This document shows, in pieces, positions 23,246-33,933 of a stretch of 64,000 nucleotides of DNA (position 1 is its first letter; each line of letters starts with the position of its first letter). Source of the stretch: an uncultured Candidatus Binatia bacterium (GTDB lineage Bacteria > Desulfobacterota > Binatia > Bin18); assembly GCA_965214605.1 (NCBI GenBank), contig OZ243961.1, positions 1,472,001-1,536,000 on the forward strand. The letters are read 5' to 3'. The notes under the pieces were generated by a model. That model searched no databases and had not been told where the DNA came from. It was given only the letters and a program-made list of their open reading frames with translations. Position numbers and translations under genes: made by a program.

Positions 23246-23941
23246 CTAGATCGACAAATGTTGGCGGACAATCTCGTCTGTCAGGCCGGAGATCGGTCCC
23301 TCGGCGACCACACTCCCCTTTTCCAACACCGCAAAGGTATCCGCCACTCGACGGGCAAAAGGCAGCTTTTGCTCGACCAACAGGAGCGTCAGCTTTTGTT
23401 CGTGGTTGAGCCGTAAGAGGATATCGCCGATCTCCTGGACGATATTCGGCTGGATACCCTCAGTCGGCTCATCCAGAATCAACAGTTTGGGATTGAGCAC
23501 CAGAGCTCGCCCGATGGCGAGCTGCTGCTGCTGCCCACCAGACAGGTCCCCGCCCTGGCGGCTCAGCATCTGTTTCAGGACCGGGAAACAGTGAAACACC
23601 GTGTCTGGAATTGACCCGAGCCCGTCGCGCCGCGCGGGCAGGCCGACTCGCAGGTTTTCCTCGACCGTCAGTTGGGGAAAGATCTCGCGTCCCTGGGGCA
23701 CGTAGCCAATGCCCAGCCGTGCCCGCAGCTCGGCCGGACGATGGGTCAGATCCGTCTCCTCAAAGTGCAGACTGCCCGAAGCGACCGGCAAGATTCCCAT
23801 GATTGTCTTCAGCAGGCTGGTTTTGCCTACCCCGTTGCGTCCCATTAGACAGGTGCACGAACCGGAGGTAATGTTGAGGTTAACATCCCACAGGATATGA
23901 CTCTCACCGTAATACTGGTTGAGCTGACTGATACGAAGCAT
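23246..23941 (-). CDS. urtE: Urea ABC transporter ATP-binding protein
   Basis: [43 protein letters not shown]. Confidence 0.93.
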   Translation of the reverse strand: MLRISQLNQYYGESHILWDVNLNITSGSCTCLMGRNGVGKTSLLKTIMGILPVASGSLHFEETDLTHRPAELRARLGIGYVPQGREIFPQLTVEENLRVGLPARRDGLGSIPDTVFHCFPVLKQMLSRQGGDLSGGQQQQLAIGRALVLNPKLLILDEPTEGIQPNIVQEIGDILLRLNHEQKLTLLLVEQKLPFARRVADTFAVLEKGSVVAEGPISGLTDEIVRQHLSI

Positions 23942-23962
23942 GTCCGTTCGATCCCACCCCAC

Positions 23963-24790
23963 CTAGGCTCCCAGATAGACCTCAGCCACCCGGGGATCGT
24001 TTTGCACCTCTTTCATACTGCCCTCGGCCAGCACCCGTCCCTCGTGCAAAACCGTCACCTGGCGGTCCAGGCTGCGTACAAACTCCATGTCGTGTTCGAC
24101 CACCACAACCGTATGTTTACCGGCGAGTGAGAGCAGGAGCTCGGCCGTTCGTTCTGTCTCGTGCTGGCTCAGACCGGCGACTGGCTCATCGACCAACAGC
24201 AGCTGGGGGTCTTGGATCAACAGCATACCGAGCTCTAGCCATTGCTTTTGTCCATGAGAGAGCAGGCCAGCTCGGGTGTGGAGGTGGCCGAGCAGACCGA
24301 CCATCTCGGCGGTAGCGCTAATACGGTCGCGCTGTTCACCGCTCAGGCGTGCGAACAAACTGTGCCACACACTCTTATCGGCCTGCATAGCTAGCTCTAG
24401 GTTCTCGAACACGCTGTGGCCCTGAAAAACGGTTGGCCCCTGAAACTTACGACCGATTCCAGCCAGGGCAATCTCGTACTCCGACAGCCGGGTCAGATCC
24501 AGATTGTTACCGAAAAACACCGTCCCGCTATCGGGGCGGGTCCGACCAGTAATAACATCCATCAGAGTCGTTTTACCCGCCCCGTTGGGACCGATCAAAC
24601 ACCGCAGCTCGCCGGTGTTCAGATAAAAGCTCAGCCCGTCTAAGGCTCTAAAGTTATCAAAACTAACTACGAGATTTTCGATATACAGGCTGACGCCATG
24701 GCTAGTATCGATCACCCCCGGTTGGGCAACGTGGGCCAGCACTGAGTTGCCACCCTGATCGATCGGCTCGTCTTTCAGCTTCTGACTCAT
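23963..24790 (-). CDS. urtD: Urea ABC transporter ATP-binding protein
   Basis: IGPNGAGKTT, GIGRKFQ, LSHGQKQWLE, DEPVAG, EVYLG. Confidence 0.93.
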   Translation of the reverse strand: MSQKLKDEPIDQGGNSVLAHVAQPGVIDTSHGVSLYIENLVVSFDNFRALDGLSFYLNTGELRCLIGPNGAGKTTLMDVITGRTRPDSGTVFFGNNLDLTRLSEYEIALAGIGRKFQGPTVFQGHSVFENLELAMQADKSVWHSLFARLSGEQRDRISATAEMVGLLGHLHTRAGLLSHGQKQWLELGMLLIQDPQLLLVDEPVAGLSQHETERTAELLLSLAGKHTVVVVEHDMEFVRSLDRQVTVLHEGRVLAEGSMKEVQNDPRVAEVYLGA

Positions 24791-24803
24791 GCCAGGCTCC
24801 ACA

Positions 24804-26009
24804 CTAAGCCTGAACGGCGCGCTCAGCGGGACGAAACAGGCCGCTTACCCCGCGGGGCAGAAACAGGGTCACCGCAATGAATACAGCGCCCAGGATATAT
24901 AGCCACAGGTCGGGAAAGGCAGCCGTACACCAACTCTTGGCCCCGTTTATCAAAAACGCGCCCAACAGGGCCCCCGCCAGCGTGCCACGCCCTCCCACCG
25001 CCACCCAGATTGCCATCTCAATCGAGTTGGACGGCTGCATCTCGCTCGGGTTGATAATGCCGACCTGGGGCACGTATAGCGCCCCGGCCAAGCCGCACAA
25101 GACGGCTGACAGGGTCCACAGAAAGAGCTTATAGCTGTACGGGTTATACCCGCAGAACATCAGGCGACTCTCGGCATCCCGCACTGCGGTCAAAACCCGG
25201 CCAAGCTTAGAGACCACCAGATAGCGGCATCCCAGATAGGCCGCCATTAATACAGCGACAGAGACCATATACAGGCCGAGCTTGGTCGACTGCTCTTGGA
25301 GCGAAAAGCCCACGATGCGCTTAAAGTCGGTTAGGCCGTTATTGCCGCCAAAACCGGTATTGTTGCGAAAAAAGAGCAGCATCAGGGCGTAGGTCATCGC
25401 CTGAGTTATAATAGAGAAATACACCCCGCGAATACGCGACCGGAAGGCAAGAAAGCCAAACACACAGGCCAGTACGCCCGGTACCAGCAGAGCCATCAGT
25501 AAGGCAAAACCAAAATTACTAAATCCATACCAGTACCACGGCAGTTCCTTCCAATCCAGAAAGACCATGAAGTCGGGCAGTTCGCTACGGTAGACGCCCT
25601 CGGTGCCAACAACCCGCATCAGGTACATACCCATGGCATAGCCGCCCAGCGCAAAGAACACGCCGTGGCCCAGGCTGAGAATGCCGGCGTAGCCCCAGAT
25701 CAGATCGACCGCCAGGGCAACCAGGGCATAGCACATAAACTTGCCGAGCAGCGGGATAAGATAGTCGGGGAGGTGGAGGGCGGATTCGGTCGGCAGCAGG
25801 TTCAGACCGGGAATGACGACCAAGGCGAGGAGTAGCGCGCCCAGGACCAGGCTCCATCCCCCTCGAGTATGGAGGGTGAGCAGCCTAGGGGGAGGCCGTA
25901 GCTCATCCTGCGGCTCGACGGTCGGGTCGAGGGGCGGCTCGGACGAGCTTTGGGTCGGTGACATATCCGCCACGAGCTCAACTTTCTGCAATTCGTCCTC
26001 TGAGTGCAA
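24804..26009 (-). CDS. urtC: Urea ABC transporter permease
   Basis: WGYAGILSLGHG.FF, LPDFM, GVYFSIITQA, GGNNGLTDFK, VAVGGRGTL. Confidence 0.93.
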   Translation of the reverse strand: MHSEDELQKVELVADMSPTQSSSEPPLDPTVEPQDELRPPPRLLTLHTRGGWSLVLGALLLALVVIPGLNLLPTESALHLPDYLIPLLGKFMCYALVALAVDLIWGYAGILSLGHGVFFALGGYAMGMYLMRVVGTEGVYRSELPDFMVFLDWKELPWYWYGFSNFGFALLMALLVPGVLACVFGFLAFRSRIRGVYFSIITQAMTYALMLLFFRNNTGFGGNNGLTDFKRIVGFSLQEQSTKLGLYMVSVAVLMAAYLGCRYLVVSKLGRVLTAVRDAESRLMFCGYNPYSYKLFLWTLSAVLCGLAGALYVPQVGIINPSEMQPSNSIEMAIWVAVGGRGTLAGALLGAFLINGAKSWCTAAFPDLWLYILGAVFIAVTLFLPRGVSGLFRPAERAVQA

Positions 26010-27606
26010 ACAGCCCTTGGGGACGTTGCTGGATGAACAGAACGATAAAAATCAACACGCCAATCTTCCCTAGCACGGCTCCGGCAACAGGTTCGAGAAA
26101 CTTATTGACCAGTCCTAGACTCAGCGCCCCAACCACGGTCCCAGCAATATTGCCCACCCCGCCCAGGACAACGACCATAAACGAATCAACAATGTACAGA
26201 CGGCCCAACTCAGGACCGACATTGCCAATCTGCGATAAGGCCACCCCACCTAAGCCGGCAATACCTGAACCTAACCCAAAGGTCCACATATCGACCCGGG
26301 CGACCGAGATGCCCATACAAGAGGCCATAGGTCGGTTCTGGGTCACTGACCGGACCTGTAAACCAAGACGCGTACGCTGGAGGATGAGCCATACCGCGCC
26401 TACCACCAGAGCGACAAAACCGAGGATAGCCAGGCGACTATAGGGCAGGACAACGCCGTACAAGACCTCGGTTCCGCCCGACAGCCAGGCTGGATTGGCA
26501 ACCTGGACATTCTGGGCGCCAAAGATGAGACGAACACTCTGAATAAGCACTAGGCTGATGCCCCAGCTGGCCAACAGAGTTTCTAGGGGACGGCCATACA
26601 AGAAGCAGATGACACCCCGCTCCAGGATGATACCGGCGATCAGACACACGCCAAAGGCGGTCGGAATAGCCACTACCAAATACCAGTCAAACAGAACCGA
26701 GAAATGCTCCTGGAACATACTCTGGACAACATAGGTGGTATAGGCGCCAAGCATCAGCATCTCACCGTGGGCCATATTGATCACGCCCATTAAGCCGAAC
26801 GTAATCCCCAGCCCAAGGGCGGCCAACAGCAAGATACTGCCTAAACTGAAGCCATAAAAAAGATTCCCGAAACCACTGATCAGGACTTGGGTGCGATCGA
26901 ACCTGGTTAGAACCGCAGCAGCGGCCTGGCGGACCACGGCGTCTGGCTCAGCAAACGAACCGTCTTCCTTTGTCGCCACCAGGGTTTCGAGCTGCGGCCT
27001 GAGCCCCAAATTCCCAGAGTCGCCAATCATCGCAATGGCGGCCAAACGCTCGGCCTGATCCTTGCCCTGGAGCTGTATTTGGGCCAGGGCAACGGCTAGG
27101 GTGGCACGAACGTTTGGCGCCTGTTCGCGTTCCAGGGCGGCTTGTAGGAGGCCGACCATCTTGGCCCGCGGACGTTTGGCCAGCTCTTCTGCCGCAGCCA
27201 GGCGGACGTCAACATCGGGAGAGCCCAACTGGAGTTGGGCGATCACCGGCCGCAGCGCTCGGCGAATCGCGTTATTAATCCGGGGGGTACGCAGACGTGT
27301 CTCGTCGAGGGCGGTCGGCTCCTCACTCAGCACAGCCCGAATACTGCCGTCCTCGGTTTTGATGTAGACATTGCCTGCCTCATCGACCCGTAGACGTCGC
27401 TCACTCAGGGCTTCAAGGGCAGGCAGAGCGGCTGCATCATTCAGCCGACCTAGGTTGCTGATGGCCTGCCTGATGAGGATTCGGCTCTTGGCCCCAAGCC
27501 CTTTGAGCAGGCTGACCAGCTCGTTGTCAGCCGCTTGTCCGGAGCTGACAAAAGCAAAGCCGAGCATCGTCACAACGCTCAGCCGCAAGATAAAAGACTG
27601 GACCAT
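25978..27606 (-). CDS. urtB: Urea ABC transporter permease with N-terminal HEAT-like periplasmic extension
   Basis: GLMGVINMAHGE, YGRPLETLLASWG, IVDSFMVVVLGGVG, RPQGLF. Confidence 0.93.
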   Translation of the reverse strand: MVQSFILRLSVVTMLGFAFVSSGQAADNELVSLLKGLGAKSRILIRQAISNLGRLNDAAALPALEALSERRLRVDEAGNVYIKTEDGSIRAVLSEEPTALDETRLRTPRINNAIRRALRPVIAQLQLGSPDVDVRLAAAEELAKRPRAKMVGLLQAALEREQAPNVRATLAVALAQIQLQGKDQAERLAAIAMIGDSGNLGLRPQLETLVATKEDGSFAEPDAVVRQAAAAVLTRFDRTQVLISGFGNLFYGFSLGSILLLAALGLGITFGLMGVINMAHGEMLMLGAYTTYVVQSMFQEHFSVLFDWYLVVAIPTAFGVCLIAGIILERGVICFLYGRPLETLLASWGISLVLIQSVRLIFGAQNVQVANPAWLSGGTEVLYGVVLPYSRLAILGFVALVVGAVWLILQRTRLGLQVRSVTQNRPMASCMGISVARVDMWTFGLGSGIAGLGGVALSQIGNVGPELGRLYIVDSFMVVVLGGVGNIAGTVVGALSLGLVNKFLEPVAGAVLGKIGVLIFIVLFIQQRPQGLFALRGRIAES

Positions 27607-27671
27607 CGCTTTCCGTCCCTGGCGGCTGGGCCGAATCAAGTCGCCCGGCCCCAAACCGCAGAGAATGAGGT

Positions 27672-28982
27672 TTAGTGCTTGAACTGCGCTTCGGTACAGT
27701 TGCCACACACCCAGGGATAGGTCCAGTCGGCGACCTTCTGAGCGCTGTCAGGAATAAACGGGCTCCAGGCCTGAGCACGGATCGGTCCATCGGTATTCCA
27801 CACAATATCGAACTGACCATCTTCGCGGACTTCGGCAATCAATACCGGTTTGTGCAGATGGTGGTTCTTGGCATCCATTCTAATGTCAAAGCCCGACGGG
27901 GAGCGCACGACCTGATTTCCCACTGCCTGGCGCACCGCGTCAACATCGGTCGTTTTAGCCTGTTCGACCGCTTGAGCCCACATCTTGATGCCAATATAGG
28001 TGGCTTCCATCGGATCATTGGCCACCCGTTTGTCGCCGCCGGGCAGATTCTGTTTTTTGACATAGGCTTTCCACTTCGCGACAAAGGCTTTGTTCTCGGG
28101 CGTATCAACCGACATGAAGTAATTCCAAGCTGCTAGATGGCCGACCAAGGGCGCGGTGTCAATTCCTCGCAGTTCCTCCTCGCCAACCGAGAAGGCCACC
28201 ACCGGGATATCCTCGGCCTTGAGGCCCTGGTTAGCCAGCTCTTTGTAGAAGGGGACGTTAGAGTCGCCATTGATGGTCGAAACCACGGCCGTTGGCTTGC
28301 CCACCGCAAAGCGCTTGATATCGGCCACAATGGTCTGGTAGTCACTGTGGCCGAACGGCGTGTACAACTCCATAATGTCAGCTTTGGCCACCCCTTTGGA
28401 TTCCAGAAAGTAGTTCAGAATTTTGTTGGTGGTACGTGGATAGACATAGTCGGTCCCCAGCAGCACGAAGCGCTCGGCACCGCCTCCGTCCTCGCTCATC
28501 AGATATTCGACCGCGGGAATCGCCTGCTGGTTGGGGGCCGCGCCAGTATAGAAGACATTAAATGAGGACTCTTCACCCTCGTACTGGACCGGGTAGAACA
28601 GCAGGCCGTTCAACTCCTCAAAGACCGGCAGAACCGACTTGCGGGACACAGAGGTCCAGCAGCCAAACACCACAGCTACCTTTTCCTGCTGAATCAGCTC
28701 ACGGGCCTTTTCGGCAAACAGTGGCCAGTCCGAGGCCGGGTCCACCACGATCGGCTCGACCTGGCGGCCTAGCACCCCGCCGTTTTCGTTCAGTTCCTCG
28801 ATCGTCATCAAGGCGACATCTTTAAGAGAGGTTTCGCTGATCGCCATTGTGCCGCTCAGCGAGTGCAGGATCCCGACCTTGATCGGTTCCGCGGCCCAGC
28901 CGGCCCGCGCTCCGGTCAGCGAGGTGACAAGCAGGCCGGTAACGATCCACACGGCGGTTTGCGCTATGGACTTCCTTTTCAT
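27672..28982 (-). CDS. urtA: Urea ABC transporter substrate-binding protein
   Basis: IKVGILHSLSGTMAISE, FGCWTSVSRK, YPVQYEG, GTDYVYPRT, NHHLHKP. Confidence 0.96.
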   Translation of the reverse strand: MKRKSIAQTAVWIVTGLLVTSLTGARAGWAAEPIKVGILHSLSGTMAISETSLKDVALMTIEELNENGGVLGRQVEPIVVDPASDWPLFAEKARELIQQEKVAVVFGCWTSVSRKSVLPVFEELNGLLFYPVQYEGEESSFNVFYTGAAPNQQAIPAVEYLMSEDGGGAERFVLLGTDYVYPRTTNKILNYFLESKGVAKADIMELYTPFGHSDYQTIVADIKRFAVGKPTAVVSTINGDSNVPFYKELANQGLKAEDIPVVAFSVGEEELRGIDTAPLVGHLAAWNYFMSVDTPENKAFVAKWKAYVKKQNLPGGDKRVANDPMEATYIGIKMWAQAVEQAKTTDVDAVRQAVGNQVVRSPSGFDIRMDAKNHHLHKPVLIAEVREDGQFDIVWNTDGPIRAQAWSPFIPDSAQKVADWTYPWVCGNCTEAQFKH

Positions 28983-29011
28983 AAGCAGGGTCTCCTTTCG
29001 TGTCTGGTAGG

Positions 29012-30322
29012 CTAAAAAAGGATCTGGGTCTGCACCCGGAACCGATGGTCGCTCGTGCTGGTGCCACGAAACGGGTCACCGTCCAGAAAGCTATAATCGA
29101 TCTGGATTTTCGCGGCGTGGCCGTACAGGTAGTAGTTGAGGCCGGCCGTGTACTCGCGTACATCGCCCCGGGTGTCGGAATTATTGGCAAACTGAAAGTC
29201 CACGCCCGACACCCGGCCGGCGAGTTCCAGGCGCTCACTCAGATAGTAGCCTAGCTGGCCGTAATAGCCCCAGTCTTGCCCGATGTCCTGATCCAGGCTC
29301 TGCTCAAAGTTATTACGTCGGTAGTAGCCAGCGGCCTGCACGCTCAATCCCAGGTAGCGAAAGCCGCCGTCAACGGTGACGTTGGTCGTACGGTCGCCGG
29401 AGCTAACGTTCTGGAAGCCAGAGGCCTCATCAACCGGGTTGAAAGCCGCGGCCATGCCTAGCGACAGCTGCGGAGCAGTGGCTGGCGTGGGCGAGCTCTC
29501 CAGATAGCCATAGGGTTCAAGCAGGTCGTACTCCAGGCGGCCCTGCCAGGCAACCTCAGAACCCACGTTCTGCTGCCCACCGGCATCCAAGGCACGGATG
29601 CTGTTGGTGACGACGGCATGGTAGGACAGCTTGCCAAGCCTACCGCTTAGATTGGCTCCAACCGCACGCTGGAGATTAAAGGCATAATCAGCCGAAGACA
29701 GGTCGGAAAACAACAGATTTCCAGGATGAGTGTAGAACTGGCGGCTGTAAGGCAGGATAAAGCGCCCAGCCTGCACCTGAGCATGGTCTAAAAAGCTATA
29801 CTGCATCCACCAGTCGAGCATCGTCTCGCGGTTGTTATTACCAAAAGTTGTAGCCTCAAGCTGAAAGAAATACGACAGCTTAGGGTCAAAAACGTTGCCT
29901 GAAAAGGCTAACCTGGCCAGGGCAACATCAAAATTGTTCCGCGTTCCGCCGTCGTCCGTACCGGCCGGGGCCAACAGCGTATATCGGCTCTGGACAAAGC
30001 CGTTGATCTTGAGCGAATAGCTCTTGTCTTTACTGCGAACATAAAAGCCGCCGTCGTAGACATCTTCAGACTCAAAGCCGTCGCGGCGTAGCCCGGTGGG
30101 CGTGTTATAGCCGAACTCGACCTCTTTTTCGGCCCGGGTCTGCTCCCTGCTCTCGAGTTCAAGCAGCCGCTTTTCCATCAACTCCATGATCCGCCGCTGC
30201 TCACTAAGCTGCTTGCGCAACTCACCGATCTCGTCTGCCGACACCTGGCTCGACGTACCGGCCAGCGCCCCAAACGTAAAACAGGTCCCGGCGATCAGGG
30301 CCGTCCATCTTTTCCGTTGCAT
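29012..30322 (-). CDS. OprO/OprP-like (FmdC-type) outer-membrane porin leading the urea-uptake operon
   Basis: Signal peptide from MQRKRW (30322), coiled coil, RLAFSGNVF, GLNYYLYGH..KIQ.DY, terminal Phe. Confidence 0.78.
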   Translation of the reverse strand: MQRKRWTALIAGTCFTFGALAGTSSQVSADEIGELRKQLSEQRRIMELMEKRLLELESREQTRAEKEVEFGYNTPTGLRRDGFESEDVYDGGFYVRSKDKSYSLKINGFVQSRYTLLAPAGTDDGGTRNNFDVALARLAFSGNVFDPKLSYFFQLEATTFGNNNRETMLDWWMQYSFLDHAQVQAGRFILPYSRQFYTHPGNLLFSDLSSADYAFNLQRAVGANLSGRLGKLSYHAVVTNSIRALDAGGQQNVGSEVAWQGRLEYDLLEPYGYLESSPTPATAPQLSLGMAAAFNPVDEASGFQNVSSGDRTTNVTVDGGFRYLGLSVQAAGYYRRNNFEQSLDQDIGQDWGYYGQLGYYLSERLELAGRVSGVDFQFANNSDTRGDVREYTAGLNYYLYGHAAKIQIDYSFLDGDPFRGTSTSDHRFRVQTQILF

Positions 30323-30377
30323 AAATCCTTTTCCCTTTCTGGTAGTGACAAGAAGCGCTTCTGAGGGAGTCAAAAGG

Positions 30378-30393
30378 TGCAAAAAGCGGGCCA
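30378..30393 (-). promoter_or_regulatory. Sigma-54 promoter (TGGCCC-GCTTT-TTGCA) for porin-urtABCDE-ureAC
   Basis: GG-N10-GC on minus strand, about 55 bp upstream of ATG 30322. Confidence 0.75.
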
Positions 30394-30537
30394 TGCCTGA
30401 GGAGACTGGCGATACGAAACAATTTCAGATATGGGCGACAAGACACATCATAGAAAAAATGAAGGTTGCAGGAGTGTTAGACGACTCGGCTTGGAAGATA
30501 TTTTATTGACTGCCACGCTCTTCATGACACGGTAATT

Positions 30538-30586
30538 TGCCCAGGGTTTGGACAGTGTCCTGATTTTCGTGTCTACTTTCTGAGCA
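30538..30586. promoter_or_regulatory. Paired 17-bp enhancer-like sites TGCCCAGGGTTTGGACA (30538-30554) and TGTCTACTTTCTGAGCA (30570-30586)
   Basis: Same dyad family as 8428-8474; 32-bp spacing; lies between two divergent sigma-54 promoters. Confidence 0.62.
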
Positions 30587-30636
30587 CTGTTTCTCCTCAT
30601 GAGGAGAAAAAAGTCTCTCCCCAGCGCTTTCAGAGC

Positions 30637-30652
30637 TGGCAAGACTCTTGCG
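30637..30652 (+). promoter_or_regulatory. Sigma-54 promoter (TGGCAA-GACTC-TTGCG) for ureBGDEF
   Basis: GG-N10-GC, about 65 bp upstream of ureB ATG. Confidence 0.75.
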
Positions 30653-30715
30653 GATCTTTGGATGTCGTGACAAACACACAGCAGAACGTAGCGTTTAGGA
30701 AAGGAAGAGACGCGC

Positions 30716-31117
30716 ATGGCCTCTCAAACCCCGACGCGTATCCCAGGCGAGGTTCTGTCCGCGGCCGGGACACTTAGCCTCAACGTGGGCCGCCCGACCA
30801 ACTCGCTGACCGTGCTTAATATCGGTGACCGGCCCGTCCAGGTTGGCTCACACTATCACTTCTTTGAGGCTAACCGGGCCTTGCGCTTTGACCGCAAAGC
30901 TGCTTTTGGCCGGCATCTAGATATGCCGGCCGGCACCGCAGTCCGCTTTGAACCCGGAGAAGCGAAAGAGGTCAACCTCGTCCCGTTTGGTGGCCAGCGT
31001 ATCGTGTTGGGTTTAAATGGGCTGACTGAGGGCAGTACGACGGATGCGAAGGTTCGGCAACGAGCACTAGACACCGCGCGAGAACACGGGTTCGTCATGA
31101 CCGAGGAGATACGGTAA
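30716..31117 (+). CDS. ureB: Urease beta subunit
   Basis: [32 protein letters not shown]. Confidence 0.96.
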   Translation: MASQTPTRIPGEVLSAAGTLSLNVGRPTNSLTVLNIGDRPVQVGSHYHFFEANRALRFDRKAAFGRHLDMPAGTAVRFEPGEAKEVNLVPFGGQRIVLGLNGLTEGSTTDAKVRQRALDTAREHGFVMTEEIR

Positions 31118-31728
31118 TGCACACAGAGGTTCCACGCCTTGGCATTGGAGGTCCGGTCGGCTCAGGCAAGACGGCGCTGATTGAACAGCTCGTTCCCTAT
31201 CTGCAAAAAGCCGGTAAGCAGATCGCGGTAGTGACCAACGACATCCTGACCGAAGAAGACGCCCAGCGTCTCCGCAGCCGGAGTTTCTTGGCTCCAGAGC
31301 TCATTGTCGGTGTGGAGACCGGGGCGTGTCCGCACACGGTGATTCGGGAAGATCCCACAATGAATCTGAAAGCCGTCCACGGGTTGGAAGTCCGCTTTCC
31401 CGACCTAGATCTCATCGTGTTGGAGAGCGGCGGGGATAATCTTGCATCAACCTATTCACCTGAGCTGGCAGACGCGTTTATTTTTGTGATTGATGTGGCC
31501 GGTGGTGACGATATTCCTCGCAAGCAAGGCCCTGGCATCACCCGTTCTGATTTACTGGTGATTAACAAGGTTGACCTTGCCCCGTATGTTGGGGCCAGTC
31601 TCTGTGTCATGGCACGCGAGGCACACCAGGTGCGGGGAGAACGTCCGGTCCTCTTCACCAACTGTAAAACCGGTCAGGGCATCGTCGAGGTAGGTGCGTG
31701 GATACAGCGCGAACTGCTGTTCAGCTAG
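31117..31728 (+). CDS. ureG: Urease accessory GTPase
   Basis: [29 protein letters not shown]. Confidence 0.96.
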   Translation: MHTEVPRLGIGGPVGSGKTALIEQLVPYLQKAGKQIAVVTNDILTEEDAQRLRSRSFLAPELIVGVETGACPHTVIREDPTMNLKAVHGLEVRFPDLDLIVLESGGDNLASTYSPELADAFIFVIDVAGGDDIPRKQGPGITRSDLLVINKVDLAPYVGASLCVMAREAHQVRGERPVLFTNCKTGQGIVEVGAWIQRELLFS

Positions 31729-32678
31729 CACCTTCAGGTCAGATCGCCCCGGCCGCGCACCCCTCGCTCCAGCCAGTGTCTGACGGGATGGCCAAATGGC
31801 CGTACATCTTCCGTGTCTATCAAGCAGAGCCGCTCGTCCAACGTCCGGCCGGATCAACGGGAAAACAGGGGGTGTGTCACTTAACGTTCATCGTCCAGTC
31901 GGACAAAACACGGCTGCGCCATGCCCTTGTTTCGCATCCGTTTCACTGCACCCATCCGTGGTACTTAGATCCGGCCGTGCCGGGCATGGCCGTGCTGTAC
32001 GTGCAAACCCCAGGTGGCGGACTGATCCAGGGCGACCGAACGGCCATGCGGTTTGAGTTGAGTTCTGCGGCTCAGGTCCATGTCACCAACCAGGCGGCTG
32101 AGAAGATCCACACCATGACGGCTAACTGCGCACTCCAACAGATTAACTTCACCCTTGGTCCCGACGCGTATGCGGAATATTGTCCTGAACCCCTCATCCT
32201 ATTTCCTGGGGCACGTTTTGGTCAGGTCCTTCAGATTCAGTTAGCATCTGGGGCGAGCTTTTTTGGAACCGAGATTGTTCTGTCTCGAGCCGCGCCAGAC
32301 GGCGCATCTTTTGAGGCCTTCACCACCAACCTCACGGTTTTGGATGACGACGGGGACATACTTGTTCGAGACCTAGGTCTTGCCCTACCCGACCAACACC
32401 CCCTCGTCGGGCCAGGAGTGCTTGCCGAGCATCGTGTCTGGGGCCAGGCGTTCCTAGTCGGTCCCGACATTCCAGCCGACTGGGCGCGTGAAATCCATGA
32501 ACGGCTGCCGACTGAGGGAGGAACGGTCTGGGGAGTTAGCCTGCTGCCGCGAGAGCGCGGGATCAGTGTGAAAGTCGTCGGCTCGGAGGTCCGAGCGGTC
32601 CGACAAGTTCTATCCAGCGTCTGGAACCTGCTACGCCTGCGTCATAGGGGGGCCTCGGCACCTCGTTTTCCAAAATAG
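31698..32678 (+). CDS. ureD: Urease accessory protein UreD/UreH (start may be ATG 31788)
   Basis: [28 protein letters not shown]; operon context. Confidence 0.88.
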   Translation: MDTARTAVQLAPSGQIAPAAHPSLQPVSDGMAKWPYIFRVYQAEPLVQRPAGSTGKQGVCHLTFIVQSDKTRLRHALVSHPFHCTHPWYLDPAVPGMAVLYVQTPGGGLIQGDRTAMRFELSSAAQVHVTNQAAEKIHTMTANCALQQINFTLGPDAYAEYCPEPLILFPGARFGQVLQIQLASGASFFGTEIVLSRAAPDGASFEAFTTNLTVLDDDGDILVRDLGLALPDQHPLVGPGVLAEHRVWGQAFLVGPDIPADWAREIHERLPTEGGTVWGVSLLPRERGISVKVVGSEVRAVRQVLSSVWNLLRLRHRGASAPRFPK

Positions 32679-32696
32679 TCAGAGACAGGGGGAAAT

Positions 32697-33221
32697 ATGC
32701 TGCGGATAAGCAGATTGCTCGGTAATATCCATGCCGATTCTAAGATCGTGGATCGGGTCAACCACTGGAGGCAAACAAAGCAGCTGGAAGAAATTACCCT
32801 CGACGAGCGAGACGCTCAGAAGAGCCGTTTACGCACCCAGACCGCGAGCGGACGAGATCTGGGCCTCGTCCTGCCGCGCGGCACGCTCCTGAGTGAGGGC
32901 GACGTGTTCGCCCTCGCCGGCGAGGCCGGAGGGGTGTTGGTCCACGTTAGACTCCAAGAAGTCATGGTCCTCACTCCACCAGCTGAGACCGACCCGGCCG
33001 AACGTTTACAGCGGGCGGTTCGGCTGGGACACATATTGGGCAATCAGCACTGGTCTATTGCGCTTGTCGGAGAGCAGATCTTAGTGCCCGTCTCACTGGA
33101 TCGAACGGTGATGGAAACGGTGTTACAGACGCATCATATGACGGATTATTTCCAGATTCGCTACGAACGCCGTGCCTGGCCGCGCGACCAAATGGACCCA
33201 CTTCCAGCCCACAGTCACTAG
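32697..33221 (+). CDS. ureE: Urease accessory nickel chaperone
   Basis: KSRLR...G.DLGL.L.RG..L..GD, GHILGNQH, C-terminal HSH. Confidence 0.88.
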   Translation: MLRISRLLGNIHADSKIVDRVNHWRQTKQLEEITLDERDAQKSRLRTQTASGRDLGLVLPRGTLLSEGDVFALAGEAGGVLVHVRLQEVMVLTPPAETDPAERLQRAVRLGHILGNQHWSIALVGEQILVPVSLDRTVMETVLQTHHMTDYFQIRYERRAWPRDQMDPLPAHSH

Positions 33222-33228
33222 CAGCCGT

Positions 33229-33933
33229 ATGAACAGGCCAGTACCCATGGACGACCCTGCCCTGCTGGCCGCCTTGCAGCTGGCCGATTCGTTTTTTCCG
33301 TCCGGCATGATCAGCCTGTCGCACGGGCTTGAGGCCTTTCTCAGCCTACAACCTCAGTCAGGCAAAGACATCCGGCGTTTGCTTGAAGATTATCTTCAGC
33401 ATAAAGTCGTGCCATTAGAGCTGCTTGCCTATTTCCATGCTTACCGAGCGGCGGAAACGGCCGATCTTGAGCGGCTGCACTTTGTTGACCGCTATCTGAC
33501 TGCGTCCATCCTGCCTCAGGAGTTACGCCAGGCCTCGACCCATTCGGGCTGGGCGATGCTTGAAACCCTCCGTCCCCTGGAAAACGGCACGCTCTTCCAG
33601 GCCTTTGTCAGTGGAGTCGGTAAGCGACACAGTGAGGGCAACAGTCCGATCTGTCTGGCCTTGGTGTGTGTTAACTGGCAGGTGCCGCAACGAGCGGGCG
33701 GGATGGTGTTACTGTATACCTTTATGGTCAGTTTTGTGAGCGCCGCCCTGCGCCTGGGTAGCCTCGGACATCGTCAGGCGCAGGCGATTCTACTCGACCT
33801 GCGGCCACAGCTGTCGTCACTGGTCGATACGGTCTGGGAACGGGATCTGGAAGAGCTGGGCGCGTTTGCTCCCCTAGCCGATATCCGGGCTATGCAGCAC
33901 GCCTATCTACCGGTCCGGCTGTTCAGCAGCTGA
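33229..33933 (+). CDS. ureF: Urease accessory protein
   Basis: LQLADSFFPSG...SHGLE, SAALRL, H......RLFSS C-terminus. Confidence 0.92.
   Translation: MNRPVPMDDPALLAALQLADSFFPSGMISLSHGLEAFLSLQPQSGKDIRRLLEDYLQHKVVPLELLAYFHAYRAAETADLERLHFVDRYLTASILPQELRQASTHSGWAMLETLRPLENGTLFQAFVSGVGKRHSEGNSPICLALVCVNWQVPQRAGGMVLLYTFMVSFVSAALRLGSLGHRQAQAILLDLRPQLSSLVDTVWERDLEELGAFAPLADIRAMQHAYLPVRLFSS

Noticed and set aside
30323-30394. Longer N-terminus of the urea porin (ORF start 30394)
   Set aside because: Overlaps the predicted sigma-54 promoter; ATG 30322 gives a proper signal peptide with a purine-rich SD.
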